Assembly (NCBI GenBank): GCA_002710015.1
Contig: PAOW01000033.1
Span: 8,059 to 72,058, forward strand
Reading direction: 5' to 3'
Source of the DNA: Methanobacteriota archaeon
GTDB taxonomy: Archaea > Thermoplasmatota > Poseidoniia > Poseidoniales > Poseidoniaceae
DNA: 64,000 bases
Below are positions 8,313 to 18,770 of the stretch, piece by piece. Position numbers and translations under genes: made by a program. The notes below the pieces were generated by a model. The model saw only the letters and a list, made by a program, of their open reading frames with translations. It searched no databases and was not told the origin of the DNA. How positions within the stretch are numbered: the stretch's first letter is position 1; every line of letters begins with the position of its first letter.

Positions 8313-9611
8313 ATGCCAGTAGATGAAAGCAGACTTTCAGGATTCTACAAACTATCAGTTGAAGAGCGCCGAACTAAGGTGGCTGAATTAGCAAAACTAA
8401 CTCAAGACGAAGTTTCAGCATTGGCAAACACTGGTGAACTTGAAGAACTAGCAGCAGACAGAATGATAGAGAATGTAATTGGTACAATGTCACTACCTGT
8501 TGGCGTAGCGACTAATTTCATAATTGACGACAAACCATACCTCATACCCTTCTGTGTAGAAGAGTCCAGTATTGTCGCGGCAGCTAGTAATATGGCCAAA
8601 AGATGTCTAAAATATGGTGGATTTAAGACCTCTAATGATGATTCAATCATGGTAGCCCAAATTCAAGTTCTTGGCCTAGATGACATTGATGCAGCTGGAG
8701 AAGCTGTATTAACAGCAAAGTATGAATTAATGAAAATGTGTAATTCGCTACCCTCGACTATGGTCAAATTAGGAGGAGGATGCAAAGATATCGTTGTTAG
8801 GAACATACAGACACTCTCTGGTAAAATGCTCATAATACACTTGTTAGTTGATACAAAAGACGCAATGGGCGCTAACGCAGTTAATACCATGGCAGAATTA
8901 CTTACAGACAAAGTTGAAGAAATTACAGGTGGGAGAGTTCATCTTCGAATTTTATCGAATCTAGCCTCTGAGAGGTTGGCAAGAGTAGAAGCGGTATTCT
9001 CTCCCGAGGAATTATCAGATGATGGTTCAAGAGAAAATGGTAGCAAAATAATTTCTGCAATACTGGAAGCACATCACTTCGCAGTGGCTGATCCTTACCG
9101 AGCAGCAACCCACAACAAGGGCGTTATGAATGCGATAAGTGCGGTTGCATTAGCCTGTGGACAAGACTGGAGAGCGATAGAAGCAGGCTGCCATGCTTGG
9201 GCAGCTGTTGACAATGGACACTATTCTTCAATGACAAAATGGCATCGAGATGAGAATGGTAACCTAGTAGGTAAAATCGAGACACCAATGGCGGTAGGCA
9301 TTGTTGGAGGTGCATCAAAGGTGCATCCTGCTGCAAAAGCTAATCTTTCAATCTTGGGTGTTGAATCTGCAAAAGAATTGGCAGGAGTTATAGCAGCCGC
9401 TGGACTTGCACAAAACCTTGGTGCAATGCGGGCTTTGGCCACAAGTGGAATACAAGCAGGGCACATGAAGTTACATGCTAGAAATATGGCAGTAAGTGCA
9501 GGCGCTCTTGGGGAAGAAATAGAAAGAGTTGCAAATATAGTAAATTCACAAAAGGGACCTGTTACTCAACAACTGGTCAAACAAACGCTTGAAAATCTAA
9601 GAATGAAATAA
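8313..9611 (+). CDS. mvaA: Hydroxymethylglutaryl-CoA reductase, class II
   Basis: SRLSGFYKLS, MIENVIG, EESSIVAAAS, DAMGANAVNT, RAATHNKG, GQDWRAIEAG, GHMKLH. Confidence 0.95.
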   Translation: MPVDESRLSGFYKLSVEERRTKVAELAKLTQDEVSALANTGELEELAADRMIENVIGTMSLPVGVATNFIIDDKPYLIPFCVEESSIVAAASNMAKRCLKYGGFKTSNDDSIMVAQIQVLGLDDIDAAGEAVLTAKYELMKMCNSLPSTMVKLGGGCKDIVVRNIQTLSGKMLIIHLLVDTKDAMGANAVNTMAELLTDKVEEITGGRVHLRILSNLASERLARVEAVFSPEELSDDGSRENGSKIISAILEAHHFAVADPYRAATHNKGVMNAISAVALACGQDWRAIEAGCHAWAAVDNGHYSSMTKWHRDENGNLVGKIETPMAVGIVGGASKVHPAAKANLSILGVESAKELAGVIAAAGLAQNLGAMRALATSGIQAGHMKLHARNMAVSAGALGEEIERVANIVNSQKGPVTQQLVKQTLENLRMK

Positions 9612-10220
9612 CTACTCAGACTCTGAAACACCAAGAGTAGTCTGAACACTACCATCATGCTCGGTTTCATCTCTGAGTGCCAGTTTTCCTTCCATACCAT
9701 CCAGTAAACCTGATGTGACAACCATCTCCCTAAACCATGCTTTGACTTTCTTTCTATCAGTATGAGGGCATCCAAACATCTCAGAGAATCTCCTGGTAGT
9801 GGTTAACCTCCTAGTATTCCCATCTCTCCTTCTACCGACAAGCCCTGCTTGTGCTAATTCACGTATGTGATCGTAAGCTCTCTGACCTAGAAGTTCCACA
9901 AGTCTAGACTGAGGCATAGGTTGATGATATGCAATCAGAGCTGCCGCTTTCAGTAATTTAGGAGGCAATTCTGACTTGGTTTCCTTAGGAAGATGTTCGG
10001 CAATTTTTGGCTTTACTTCCATAGCCCACTTCTTTCCAATCTGAACAACCTGCAATCCGCCACCCCTCCTTCTTTTGATAGTGCTTTGCAGATTTGCTAG
10101 AGATTCAGTAATCTCTTCCTCCTCATAGCCAAGATTTTGAGATAATTCTTCCAACCCTAGCGAGCGACCAGCGCTGAATAACGTGGCTTCAAGCAGTGTT
10201 TCTAGTGGTATTTCTGACAT
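9612..10220 (-). CDS. scpB: Segregation and condensation protein B
   Basis: LEATLFSAG, AALIAYHQP, TTRRFSEMFG; follows scpA. Confidence 0.9.
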   Translation of the reverse strand: MSEIPLETLLEATLFSAGRSLGLEELSQNLGYEEEEITESLANLQSTIKRRRGGGLQVVQIGKKWAMEVKPKIAEHLPKETKSELPPKLLKAAALIAYHQPMPQSRLVELLGQRAYDHIRELAQAGLVGRRRDGNTRRLTTTRRFSEMFGCPHTDRKKVKAWFREMVVTSGLLDGMEGKLALRDETEHDGSVQTTLGVSESE

Positions 10221-10232
10221 GTAAATTACTCC

Positions 10233-11399
10233 TTACTCGACCAACCAATCTTCGGGATTCTCTGAAGAAGATGCCTCCTCCAACTTTCGCTGCTCCTCGA
10301 TTTCCTGTTTTTCCTTTTCCGCTGCAATTCTAGCTCTTTCCGCTAGCCTTGCTGCATGCCTCATGGATTCTGTCTCGTCTTCCTTTATCGAAAGTGATTC
10401 GTCTTCTATCATCTTGTTAGCTAAAACAGTGACTTCATCGAAGGTTTTTGCTTTAGGCCACCTATCCTCTAGCATTATCGGGTCATCTGGATCACCTTGA
10501 CTTATCCATGCATAACCGCGATGAGTGAGGAACAAACCAGCAACAAATGACGTTATTTTCGATTCCACATCGTAACCTTCAGGAATCTCTCCAAATGTAT
10601 CGATTAGAATATTTGACAACTCTGATGTAACATCTGCAACTGGAACCTTTGATTCGTTTCTTACAGTCATTACATTCCTCATGGCAGTCCAACATCTGCG
10701 TATATCTCCTTCCATGTCTTCGTTATGCATTCGAGAACCCACATTGTCAAGCATGTTTTTTAATTCCTCAGCATGACTCTTTCTGTAGTCTTCTTTCGCT
10801 TTGAGAATTTCTGCTTCATCACAAGCATCTTTCAGTGCTGAAAGCAATTCACCTAATGTTGATGGTCGCCCCTCATCTCTCCTCATTCGTTCATCGAAGA
10901 ACGAAGGCAAAACGCTGTCAGCGTCTCCTCCTAGTATGGTTGTGGTGAATATAAACTCACTATCATCATAGTCAGACTCCCATCCATAATCAACAAAATC
11001 CTCTTCCTCATCTAAGTCCATTGCGATTACCCTATCAAAGAGAGAGGAAGCCTGCTGAGTGAGAACTTCCCAGGACATTCGTATTAACCTACCACAAGCA
11101 GGTAAATCTAGGCTTTCTGCTTCTTTCCTGACCCGTTGCGTGAAAATTTTCAGGAATGCTGACAAATCGATATTCCAAGGATCCATGCCTTCCTCTCTAA
11201 CTAAAGAAAGAACAAGCGCTACTGAACGGTCAAATGGATCAGACAAAACTTGATGCTCTGCACTTTCCTCCTGTGCGATTCTAAGAATTCTATCCGCATA
11301 TCTCTCAGCTTCTCCAATATCCTCATCTTGGCCAACTAACTTGTCGAGAATATCCTGTCTCAAAAACCAGTCATCTAAAACTGATTGCTGCATTCTCAA
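10233..11399 (-). CDS. scpA: Segregation and condensation protein A (kleisin)
   Basis: MDPWNIDL, RPSTLGELLSAL, C-terminal FVAGLFL..G..W.SQ; lies between smc and scpB. Confidence 0.85.
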   Translation of the reverse strand: MRMQQSVLDDWFLRQDILDKLVGQDEDIGEAERYADRILRIAQEESAEHQVLSDPFDRSVALVLSLVREEGMDPWNIDLSAFLKIFTQRVRKEAESLDLPACGRLIRMSWEVLTQQASSLFDRVIAMDLDEEEDFVDYGWESDYDDSEFIFTTTILGGDADSVLPSFFDERMRRDEGRPSTLGELLSALKDACDEAEILKAKEDYRKSHAEELKNMLDNVGSRMHNEDMEGDIRRCWTAMRNVMTVRNESKVPVADVTSELSNILIDTFGEIPEGYDVESKITSFVAGLFLTHRGYAWISQGDPDDPIMLEDRWPKAKTFDEVTVLANKMIEDESLSIKEDETESMRHAARLAERARIAAEKEKQEIEEQRKLEEASSSENPEDWLVE

Positions 11400-14300
11400 A
11401 CCTCCGAATCTGCCTCAATTTCTGATTCAGCGTCTTCTTCAGTTGCTGCTAATATTTCACTGACAATCTCTCGACGCTCATTTATGTCCTCTGTGAGCTC
11501 CTCTGCTCTCTCAACAATGGCACTGAAACCATCGCTAGGTTCTGTTTCATCCTCGGCCATATGTTTCAAGAGGCCGCCTAGGCTTTTTGGAACAGGCAGG
11601 GCTTCTGGCACCTCAGGCATATTTTCTGCGATTACCTTGGCTTCTTCTATTCTGGAGTGATTTTTGTCCGACGCATCGGATGCCTCTTTCTCTGCTTGAG
11701 CACCCAATTTGATTGCTCTATCACGGTCGAAATCAACGATTCTTCTCGAGCAACCGTCACCGCCATGAGTTATTCCTATGTGATGGTCCGCAAGTTCCAA
11801 TGATACCTTACGTAACGTTACCATAATGAACTGTGCTGCTTCGCTTCTGTTTCTGCATTCTGTTGCGATTAGTTTAGAATTAGGCACGTCAAGGTTTTGG
11901 TCGACCTCATCGAAATAATAGAATGGAGATGGATCGTGGTCTTGAATAGCAAATATCAATGACAATGAAGCCATTGATTTCTCTCCTCCCGAAAGACCTT
12001 GAAGTCTAGACTTGTTCGACTTACCACGTGGTTGTGCCCACATATCTAAGCCACCTTTGAATGGTTCTTCTGGGTTTTCAAGGAATAATTCTCCCCTTCC
12101 ACCATTGGATAGTCGTTTATATACTACCTTGAAATTCTTGTTAACTTCTTTCAGTGTTGCTAGTAGTCTAGTCTTTCTTTGATTCTCAAGCTTGTCTGTA
12201 ATATCAATGAGGCGTTTTCTTCTTTCTTGGAGAGTTTTGAAATCATCTTTCATCTCATCTAATCTAGATTTACAAGCATCATACTGCTCGATTGCCAGCA
12301 TGTTAAAATCACCAAATTTGTCAAGTTTTCTTCTCAGACTATTCAGTTCTTTTTCTGCATCACCAACATTTGGTATTGATGCATCTGAAGAAGCAACTGG
12401 AATTCCCTCGGCCTCCATGTCAACTAACAAATCTGCAAGCGCTTTTTCTTTGATTGCAAGGGCATGAGTTATTTCATTAGCTAATGATTTGGCATTTACT
12501 GCGTTACTAGCCATCTGATTTGCATCTGCTCTAACTTCTGCTCGTTCTTCGACAAGCGATCTACGCTCAAGCTCTAATCCTTCGTGCTCATCTAACAATG
12601 TAGCTCGCTCTGATTCTTTCTCAGTAAGAATAGAAGACTCTTTTTCTATATCTTCTTTCCAGATCTTTACTGATTTCTCCCGCCCTGCCATGTTAGCCTG
12701 AATCTCATCAGCTCTTGATGTAAATGAATCCAATCTTTCGTTGAGAAGTTCCTCTTTTTCCTTACCACTTTCAAGCGTTACTTGTGCCTTTGTAGCAATT
12801 CCTTCTGCTTCAACTCTACGGGTTTGAGCCTCTAGAAGTCTTTGCTTTATCTCATCTGGACTAGAATTCCTAAGGTTTTCGGCAGCTTTTTCTCTTTCAT
12901 TTTCTGCTTCAATTAATGCCATTTCACATTCTTGTAATAGGCCTAATTTTTCTGAATGTGCAGACTCTAATCCATCAAGGCGATTCTCTATTTTACTGGC
13001 ATTTTCTTTAGCTTTGTTAAGTGTTTTTTGCGCCATTTCCAACTCTGTCCTTAGAGAACTTGCCTTGATTGAACTATCATTCTCAGCAAGAGCATTTATT
13101 CTTCCTCTGATATCGTTTTGCTTTGTTCTAGCCTCTCTAAGAGCAGAAGCAACGGTTTGAGCCATCAAGGATAGCCTTTCGACTTCTCCAACAAGTTTCT
13201 CTACCTCGCCAGCACCGTGAATTTTACCACCGAAACCAGTCTTCATTTTTTGGCGACTACCTCCAATCATTGCACCTCCAGGTTCTGTGATTTCTCCACC
13301 AAGAGTAACTAGTCTCACCCCTCCCATAAGTTTCCTAGCAGTTGAAATGTTGTCAACTACTAGCGTATTTCTTAAGGCATATGCTACTGCTGTGCTTATT
13401 CTTGGATCGTAATCTAGAAGTTCATGTGCGAATCCAAGAACTCCTGGTTTGTTTAGTGACATTGCTGCTTTACCGGACGCTCTATTAGCCTGCATTTTGT
13501 TTAATGGAAGAAATGTTGCCCTTCCCAATTTACGGCTTTTCAGCAAAGCCATAGCCTCAGCAGCTATTTGATCATTCTCGACAACCACAGAATTCATTCC
13601 ACCTCCAACTGCGGTTGCAAGGGCATCCGCATGTGCTGGATCTTTAGGAGCGCAAAGTTCGCTAATCGTACCGATAACTCCTCTAAGTTCTCCACGATCT
13701 CGTGCAGCCATTACAGCAGCAGCTCCTGGTGCCATACCATTACTTCCCGAACGCTTGTCAAGTTCAGTTCTGGCAGCAGATAACCTCCGTTCTGCATCCT
13801 GTAACCTTCCATCAACTGCAGATGAGTCGTCTATGAGTCTCTTTTCAGCGTTCTGTGCACTTCTCAATTCTTCGGCTAAGGAAGATAGGTCATTTTGAGG
13901 ATTTGCCTCACCTAGTTCTTCCATCCGCAATTCAACATCGTCAAAGGCAAGTCGAGCGTCATCTAGTTCTTCTTCTGCTTTGGATAATTGCTCTGCAACT
14001 ATATCTGCTTCATTTGCCACTTTCTCGACATCTATCCTTGCATTTTGAAGTAACTCTCGAGATTTTTCAAAAACTTCGGTTGCATCTGATAACGCAACAG
14101 ATAATGCTGCGTTTTTGTTGCCGGAGCTTTCCAAAGATTCTCTAATTTCTTTCTCAATTGATTCGCACTCCATATATGCCTTTTCTGATTCAGAGAGTGC
14201 TTCCTTCGCAGCATCTAAACTTTGAACATGAGTTTCTAAGTCTGCCTTTGCAGATTCTATCTGTTCTTCAAGTTCGGCTAGAATCTCTAAGTCTGATATG

Positions 14301-15283
14301 TCTGCGTCTTCTGCATCTGTTATGTGATCTTTCTTTCTAGCAATTGAGACTTGTAAAGCATTAATTTCCTCGATTAATCCTCCTTTATCTCCACCCATAG
14401 CATCAGAAATTTGTCTTTCCAGTTCTACGATTTTATCATCTAAGCTAAGCAATATCTTCCCAGATGACTTTACAGAATCCTCCAATAGTGCTGCCTCTGA
14501 TAGGAACCTTGCTTTTTCTTCAGCATGATGCTTAATCTCAGCCCTTGCAGAGAGGTGCTTGGATTGTTGCAGCACCACGTTTGCAACATCATATTGCTCT
14601 TTTGTTGATTTAGCCTTCTCCGCTATGGATTTTTCTTTCTCCAATGTTTTGAGTCTAGCCTTTTGCTCGTCCTCAACCAATGATATTCTGTCGATGAATT
14701 CCTCAACCTGTGCCTTCTGCCTTTCGGCTTTGCGGATTTCATCATCATACGAAGTGACTCCTGCAACGGAATCAAGAACTTTTCTTCTTTCCATTGCTGT
14801 CATACTTGATAGTCTAGTTACATCGCCCTGTAAGACAATATTGTAACCATCAGGCCTGGCGTTCGCTTGACCTAACAACCTATGAAATGCCTTTTGGTTG
14901 CTTTCTTCTCCATTAAGCAAATAGGTTGAAACTGTGTTGTTTGACTTAGTCAATCTAACCTCTCTAGTCATCCTTACCTCATCGTTGTCGAGAGGTAATC
15001 TCCTTCTTCCGTTTGACAAAAGAGGATTTGCAAATACAAGTGTAACTTTCGCATTTCTTGCAGGCCGGTTGGATTTACCTCCATTGAAAATAAGATCCTT
15101 GGAATTCTGTGCACGTAGAACCTTTGCTGATCTTGCACCAAGAACAAATTGAATCGCATCGCCGCAATTCGATTTTCCAGACCCGTTAGGACCAGTTATA
15201 GCTGTAAATCCTCGGTCAAACGGGATTGTTGCTTCACCTTTGAATGATTTGAAGTTTTCAACTTCCAGCGTTTTTAGATACAT
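11396..15283 (-). CDS. smc: Chromosome segregation protein SMC
   Basis: ENFKSF, GPNGSGKSN, VLQGD, hinge GRATFLPL and GAMIGG, LSGGEKS, YYFDEVD; long coiled coils; ATG 15283 follows a GGGTGA RBS. Confidence 0.97.
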   Translation of the reverse strand: MYLKTLEVENFKSFKGEATIPFDRGFTAITGPNGSGKSNCGDAIQFVLGARSAKVLRAQNSKDLIFNGGKSNRPARNAKVTLVFANPLLSNGRRRLPLDNDEVRMTREVRLTKSNNTVSTYLLNGEESNQKAFHRLLGQANARPDGYNIVLQGDVTRLSSMTAMERRKVLDSVAGVTSYDDEIRKAERQKAQVEEFIDRISLVEDEQKARLKTLEKEKSIAEKAKSTKEQYDVANVVLQQSKHLSARAEIKHHAEEKARFLSEAALLEDSVKSSGKILLSLDDKIVELERQISDAMGGDKGGLIEEINALQVSIARKKDHITDAEDADISDLEILAELEEQIESAKADLETHVQSLDAAKEALSESEKAYMECESIEKEIRESLESSGNKNAALSVALSDATEVFEKSRELLQNARIDVEKVANEADIVAEQLSKAEEELDDARLAFDDVELRMEELGEANPQNDLSSLAEELRSAQNAEKRLIDDSSAVDGRLQDAERRLSAARTELDKRSGSNGMAPGAAAVMAARDRGELRGVIGTISELCAPKDPAHADALATAVGGGMNSVVVENDQIAAEAMALLKSRKLGRATFLPLNKMQANRASGKAAMSLNKPGVLGFAHELLDYDPRISTAVAYALRNTLVVDNISTARKLMGGVRLVTLGGEITEPGGAMIGGSRQKMKTGFGGKIHGAGEVEKLVGEVERLSLMAQTVASALREARTKQNDIRGRINALAENDSSIKASSLRTELEMAQKTLNKAKENASKIENRLDGLESAHSEKLGLLQECEMALIEAENEREKAAENLRNSSPDEIKQRLLEAQTRRVEAEGIATKAQVTLESGKEKEELLNERLDSFTSRADEIQANMAGREKSVKIWKEDIEKESSILTEKESERATLLDEHEGLELERRSLVEERAEVRADANQMASNAVNAKSLANEITHALAIKEKALADLLVDMEAEGIPVASSDASIPNVGDAEKELNSLRRKLDKFGDFNMLAIEQYDACKSRLDEMKDDFKTLQERRKRLIDITDKLENQRKTRLLATLKEVNKNFKVVYKRLSNGGRGELFLENPEEPFKGGLDMWAQPRGKSNKSRLQGLSGGEKSMASLSLIFAIQDHDPSPFYYFDEVDQNLDVPNSKLIATECRNRSEAAQFIMVTLRKVSLELADHHIGITHGGDGCSRRIVDFDRDRAIKLGAQAEKEASDASDKNHSRIEEAKVIAENMPEVPEALPVPKSLGGLLKHMAEDETEPSDGFSAIVERAEELTEDINERREIVSEILAATEEDAESEIEADSEV

Positions 15284-15419
15284 CCCTTTCACCCAAATCA
15301 AAGCACTGAAACCTTGACGTTAATTCGGTAAGGAGACGAGGGGGGTTTTGAAGGTTACCCGAGTTGCTGGTTCTAGAAGCCCTTTCTAACACACTGTAAA
15401 ATTAGCCGGCGTATGCCGA

Positions 15420-16208
15420 TTATTGAACCATTCCAGTATTAGAACAACCATTACATCCCTCGCCATTACACAAGTGACAGGTTCTTCCTGCTGTTGACTG
15501 GAAATCATCACGAAGTCCTCCCTCAAATGCATCTTCATACTGAGATAGGCTTTGATGGCCCCACAGATCACCAATAGTCCGATACTTGTCTGCACCCTTA
15601 AGTTTCCTAGTTTTAGCAAGAGAACCTAAATCGCCTCCACGTTTGTATGCAAGGTCTAATTCCCTGTGAGAAAACTCCCTCTTGTCCTCTTTAGTTTTCT
15701 TCTGTTGTTCAATTTTATACTTTGGACCTCTTACAAGAAAAATTCCTGCTGCAAATATGCCAATTTGGACTGCAATTGCAGGTGCGGGAAATGGAAGTAA
15801 GACTGCTAAATCCTCTGAGGATGTTCCCGGTAATTTGTCGAAACTATCAGCCAATGCAATACCACACAGTGTAAGTCCTGTAACTATGGCTAACTTCCTT
15901 ATTCTGACAGCCCAACGTCCTTTTCTAGGCCATCTGAGTAATGTTGAGAGGAATATTACACAACCCTCTATCAGCAATAATAAATCAGGAGCATCCCAAA
16001 CACCTGGTGTTGTCACACATGGATTTACATCACCTGAGTCGAGATCCCTCTGAATTTCTTCCGAATTACAGCCCGGCTCTGCCATCTTTGCTAAAATTAA
16101 TTTTTGAGGAGGGTCTAAGCCCATTAATGCCCCGAATTCAACATTAGCAACGGACACGGCAACCAGTGCTAAGCCGATTACAGCTGCTAACTTTTTCATC
16201 AGGCCCAT
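15420..16208 (-). CDS. Hypothetical membrane protein with C-terminal CxxC-CxxC zinc finger
   Basis: About four hydrophobic segments; C-terminus CHLCNGEGCNGCSNTG. Confidence 0.65.
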   Translation of the reverse strand: MGLMKKLAAVIGLALVAVSVANVEFGALMGLDPPQKLILAKMAEPGCNSEEIQRDLDSGDVNPCVTTPGVWDAPDLLLLIEGCVIFLSTLLRWPRKGRWAVRIRKLAIVTGLTLCGIALADSFDKLPGTSSEDLAVLLPFPAPAIAVQIGIFAAGIFLVRGPKYKIEQQKKTKEDKREFSHRELDLAYKRGGDLGSLAKTRKLKGADKYRTIGDLWGHQSLSQYEDAFEGGLRDDFQSTAGRTCHLCNGEGCNGCSNTGMVQ

Positions 16209-16300
16209 ATGCCTATCGTATAGAATGGAACACTTAATTTCTATCGCAATTTTATATCAGTCAAATTTGAATGCTACCGTCTGCTGGGACATCTGTACAC

Positions 16301-17881
16301 ATGGCGAAAGTTGTTATCGTTGGTAGCGGAATTGCAGGACTATTCGCTGCATTAAAACTCGAGGCAGCAGGGCACGAAGTAAATGTCATAACCAAACAGA
16401 GACCACAGGATTCTTCAACAAACTGGGCTCAAGGAGGAATCGCAGGTATTCTCGATAAAACTGATGGAGAAGCTATGCAGTCACACATCAATGACACATT
16501 ACTATCAGGAGACGGAATTTGTGATGAGGTTATTGTTCGATGTGTAGTAGAGGAAGCTGGAGACAGAATAAGAGATCTTCTTGCAGTTGGAGTAGATTTT
16601 GAAAAAGAAGGAGAAGACTTTCATCTTGTAAAGGAAGGAGGTCACTCTGAAAGAAGAATTTTACACGCTAAAGATGCTACTGGTGCCGAAATAGAGAGAG
16701 CATTGAATATGGCAGTCGCACAATCTAGGAATATTACAATGAGCTCTCACACACTTGGTGTGGATTTAATCCAAAGAGTGCACGGAGTGCCTAAAAAGGG
16801 CGTCAAAGGAATTTGGTGTCTGTGTCTAGATTCTGGAGAGATGAAAGCGATACCAGCAGATGCGATTCTAATAGCTACTGGAGGTTGTGGGCATTTGTGG
16901 GAGCGGACCACCAATCCATCAGTATCAACTGGTGACGGGCTAGCTATGGCTGTAAGGGCAGGCGCATCAAACAAAAATATGGCATTTTTCCAATTCCATC
17001 CAACGGCTTTAATGTCAAGAAATAAGACTCCTTTTTTGATAACCGAAGCCCTAAGAGGAGAGGGTGGAGTATTGCTGGATGATGATGGTTTAATTAACTA
17101 TAGAAAAGGAGATGATACTCCTGACAAACATTCTTTCACTCTAGAATTTTCAGACCTCGGAAGTTTAGCGACGAGAGACATAGTAGCTCGCGCATGTGAC
17201 CAGAGAATGAAGGTTACAGGAGCTGATAATGTATGGCTAATTACAGATCACCTTGACAAAGAAAAATTAAGGAATCATTTTCCAAACATCGAATCAAAAT
17301 TGAATGAATATAACCTATCACTTGGAGTCGACCCAATACCTGTTGCTCCTGCTGCTCATTACATGGTTGGTGGATTGTCTGTCGATATCAACGCAAGAGT
17401 GCTTCAAAACAACGCTGACCCAATACCTGGTCTTTATGGAATAGGAGAGGTGGCTTGCACAGGCATGCATGGTGCTAACAGACTAGCATCTAACAGTCTA
17501 TTGGAGGCAATTGTATTTGCTGACCGTGCTTCAAGGCATTTCATTTCAAATCCAATAAATGAAGGAGAGTCTGTTCCTAATTGGAGAGCAGATGGAACTC
17601 ATCGACTTATTGAGCATGCACCCCTAGTCAGAGACCTTGAAACGCTGAGAAAAACAATGACTGATGATGTTGGAATTGTAAGGAGTTTCAGTAGACTGAA
17701 CAGAGCTAAAAGGATGTTAGACCTATTGGAGACTGAAGTCGATTTGATTTGGAGAAAAAGTATACCAACACGAGAACTGATAGAGTTAAGGAATTTGGTA
17801 GAGGTTGCAAAACAAATAACTGATGATGCAATGTCAAGAACCGAAAATCGTGGTTTGCACTACAATAAAGACCTTATCTGA
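16301..17881 (+). CDS. nadB: L-aspartate oxidase
   Basis: GSGIAG, AQGGIA, EGGHSERRILH, QFHPT, LITEALRGEG, PAAHYMVGG, HGANRLASNSLLE, RGLHY. Confidence 0.93.
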   Translation: MAKVVIVGSGIAGLFAALKLEAAGHEVNVITKQRPQDSSTNWAQGGIAGILDKTDGEAMQSHINDTLLSGDGICDEVIVRCVVEEAGDRIRDLLAVGVDFEKEGEDFHLVKEGGHSERRILHAKDATGAEIERALNMAVAQSRNITMSSHTLGVDLIQRVHGVPKKGVKGIWCLCLDSGEMKAIPADAILIATGGCGHLWERTTNPSVSTGDGLAMAVRAGASNKNMAFFQFHPTALMSRNKTPFLITEALRGEGGVLLDDDGLINYRKGDDTPDKHSFTLEFSDLGSLATRDIVARACDQRMKVTGADNVWLITDHLDKEKLRNHFPNIESKLNEYNLSLGVDPIPVAPAAHYMVGGLSVDINARVLQNNADPIPGLYGIGEVACTGMHGANRLASNSLLEAIVFADRASRHFISNPINEGESVPNWRADGTHRLIEHAPLVRDLETLRKTMTDDVGIVRSFSRLNRAKRMLDLLETEVDLIWRKSIPTRELIELRNLVEVAKQITDDAMSRTENRGLHYNKDLI

Positions 17882-18770
17882 GAGATTTTATTTGGGCCAG
17901 TAGAATAGAGTTTAGAGGAGTAGGAGTTCCGAGTTGTTCGCCTCTTTCGACGATTTGTCCACATAGTGAATCGATTTCAGTCTCCTTTCCCAACTTTACA
18001 TCTACAAGCATTGAGCATGTATTATCTGAGGTAGCATTCAAGACATGATGTAAATTTTGTATTAATTCCAAATCACTTCCTATGTCAATGCCAATTAATC
18101 GAGCTATTTTTGCACCCTCTAGCATAGTAGATTCCGCTTGCGAAATGAGAGGCTCCTCGAGTAGTGCACCGTTTTTAACACCACATATGGCTGCAATCGG
18201 GTTTATGGCTATGTTAATCAGCAACTTATTCCATAAAATAGAAGATAAATCTTCTTGATATATTGCTTCAAGTGAATTTAATTGATCTACAAACTCTGTT
18301 CCTTTTGGACCACCAATTACTAGATTCCCTTTTCCAACCCATTCTATACTACCCGGTGAAGGCCTTTTTACTGCGTTTGTAGTAACTGCTACTGCATAAT
18401 TTTCATGCTTATATTTCTGAATAACTTCCTTATTGCCAAGGCCATTTTGAAGTGACATAACTGGGCCATTGGTCAAATCCTTGGCAATCTTAGCCATGTA
18501 TTCTGTATCCTTAGATTTGCAAGTTATTATCACTTGATCGAATCTATTTTTCAAAGAATCATGAATTCCAACCTCGTCTAAACTTACTGTCCACTGGTCT
18601 GGTTTGATTTTCTTACCCCAAACTCCGGACACTGAAAGGCCATTAACCGCTAAAGCAGCGCCATGTTCACCTCTAGCATGGACGTGGACCTCATATCCGG
18701 AATCAACTAGTTTAGCCGCAATCAAAGACCCAATTGCACCTGCACCGAGCACTGCTATTCGCATACTCAT
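17874..18770 (-). CDS. panE: 2-dehydropantoate 2-reductase (ketopantoate reductase)
   Basis: GAGAIG, SLQNGLG, WNKLLINIAIN, SMLVD..GKETEID, TPLN. Confidence 0.9.
   Translation of the reverse strand: MSMRIAVLGAGAIGSLIAAKLVDSGYEVHVHARGEHGAALAVNGLSVSGVWGKKIKPDQWTVSLDEVGIHDSLKNRFDQVIITCKSKDTEYMAKIAKDLTNGPVMSLQNGLGNKEVIQKYKHENYAVAVTTNAVKRPSPGSIEWVGKGNLVIGGPKGTEFVDQLNSLEAIYQEDLSSILWNKLLINIAINPIAAICGVKNGALLEEPLISQAESTMLEGAKIARLIGIDIGSDLELIQNLHHVLNATSDNTCSMLVDVKLGKETEIDSLCGQIVERGEQLGTPTPLNSILLAQIKSLR

Noticed and set aside
9612-15283. Wadjet/MksBEF defence system
   Set aside because: SMC has a canonical hinge and housekeeping motifs, the partners are ScpA/ScpB-like, and no JetD/MksG nuclease is adjacent.
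15316-15324. GACGTTAAT upstream of smc as another copy of the 8.2-kb repeat motif
   Set aside because: Single, mismatched copy; expected by chance.
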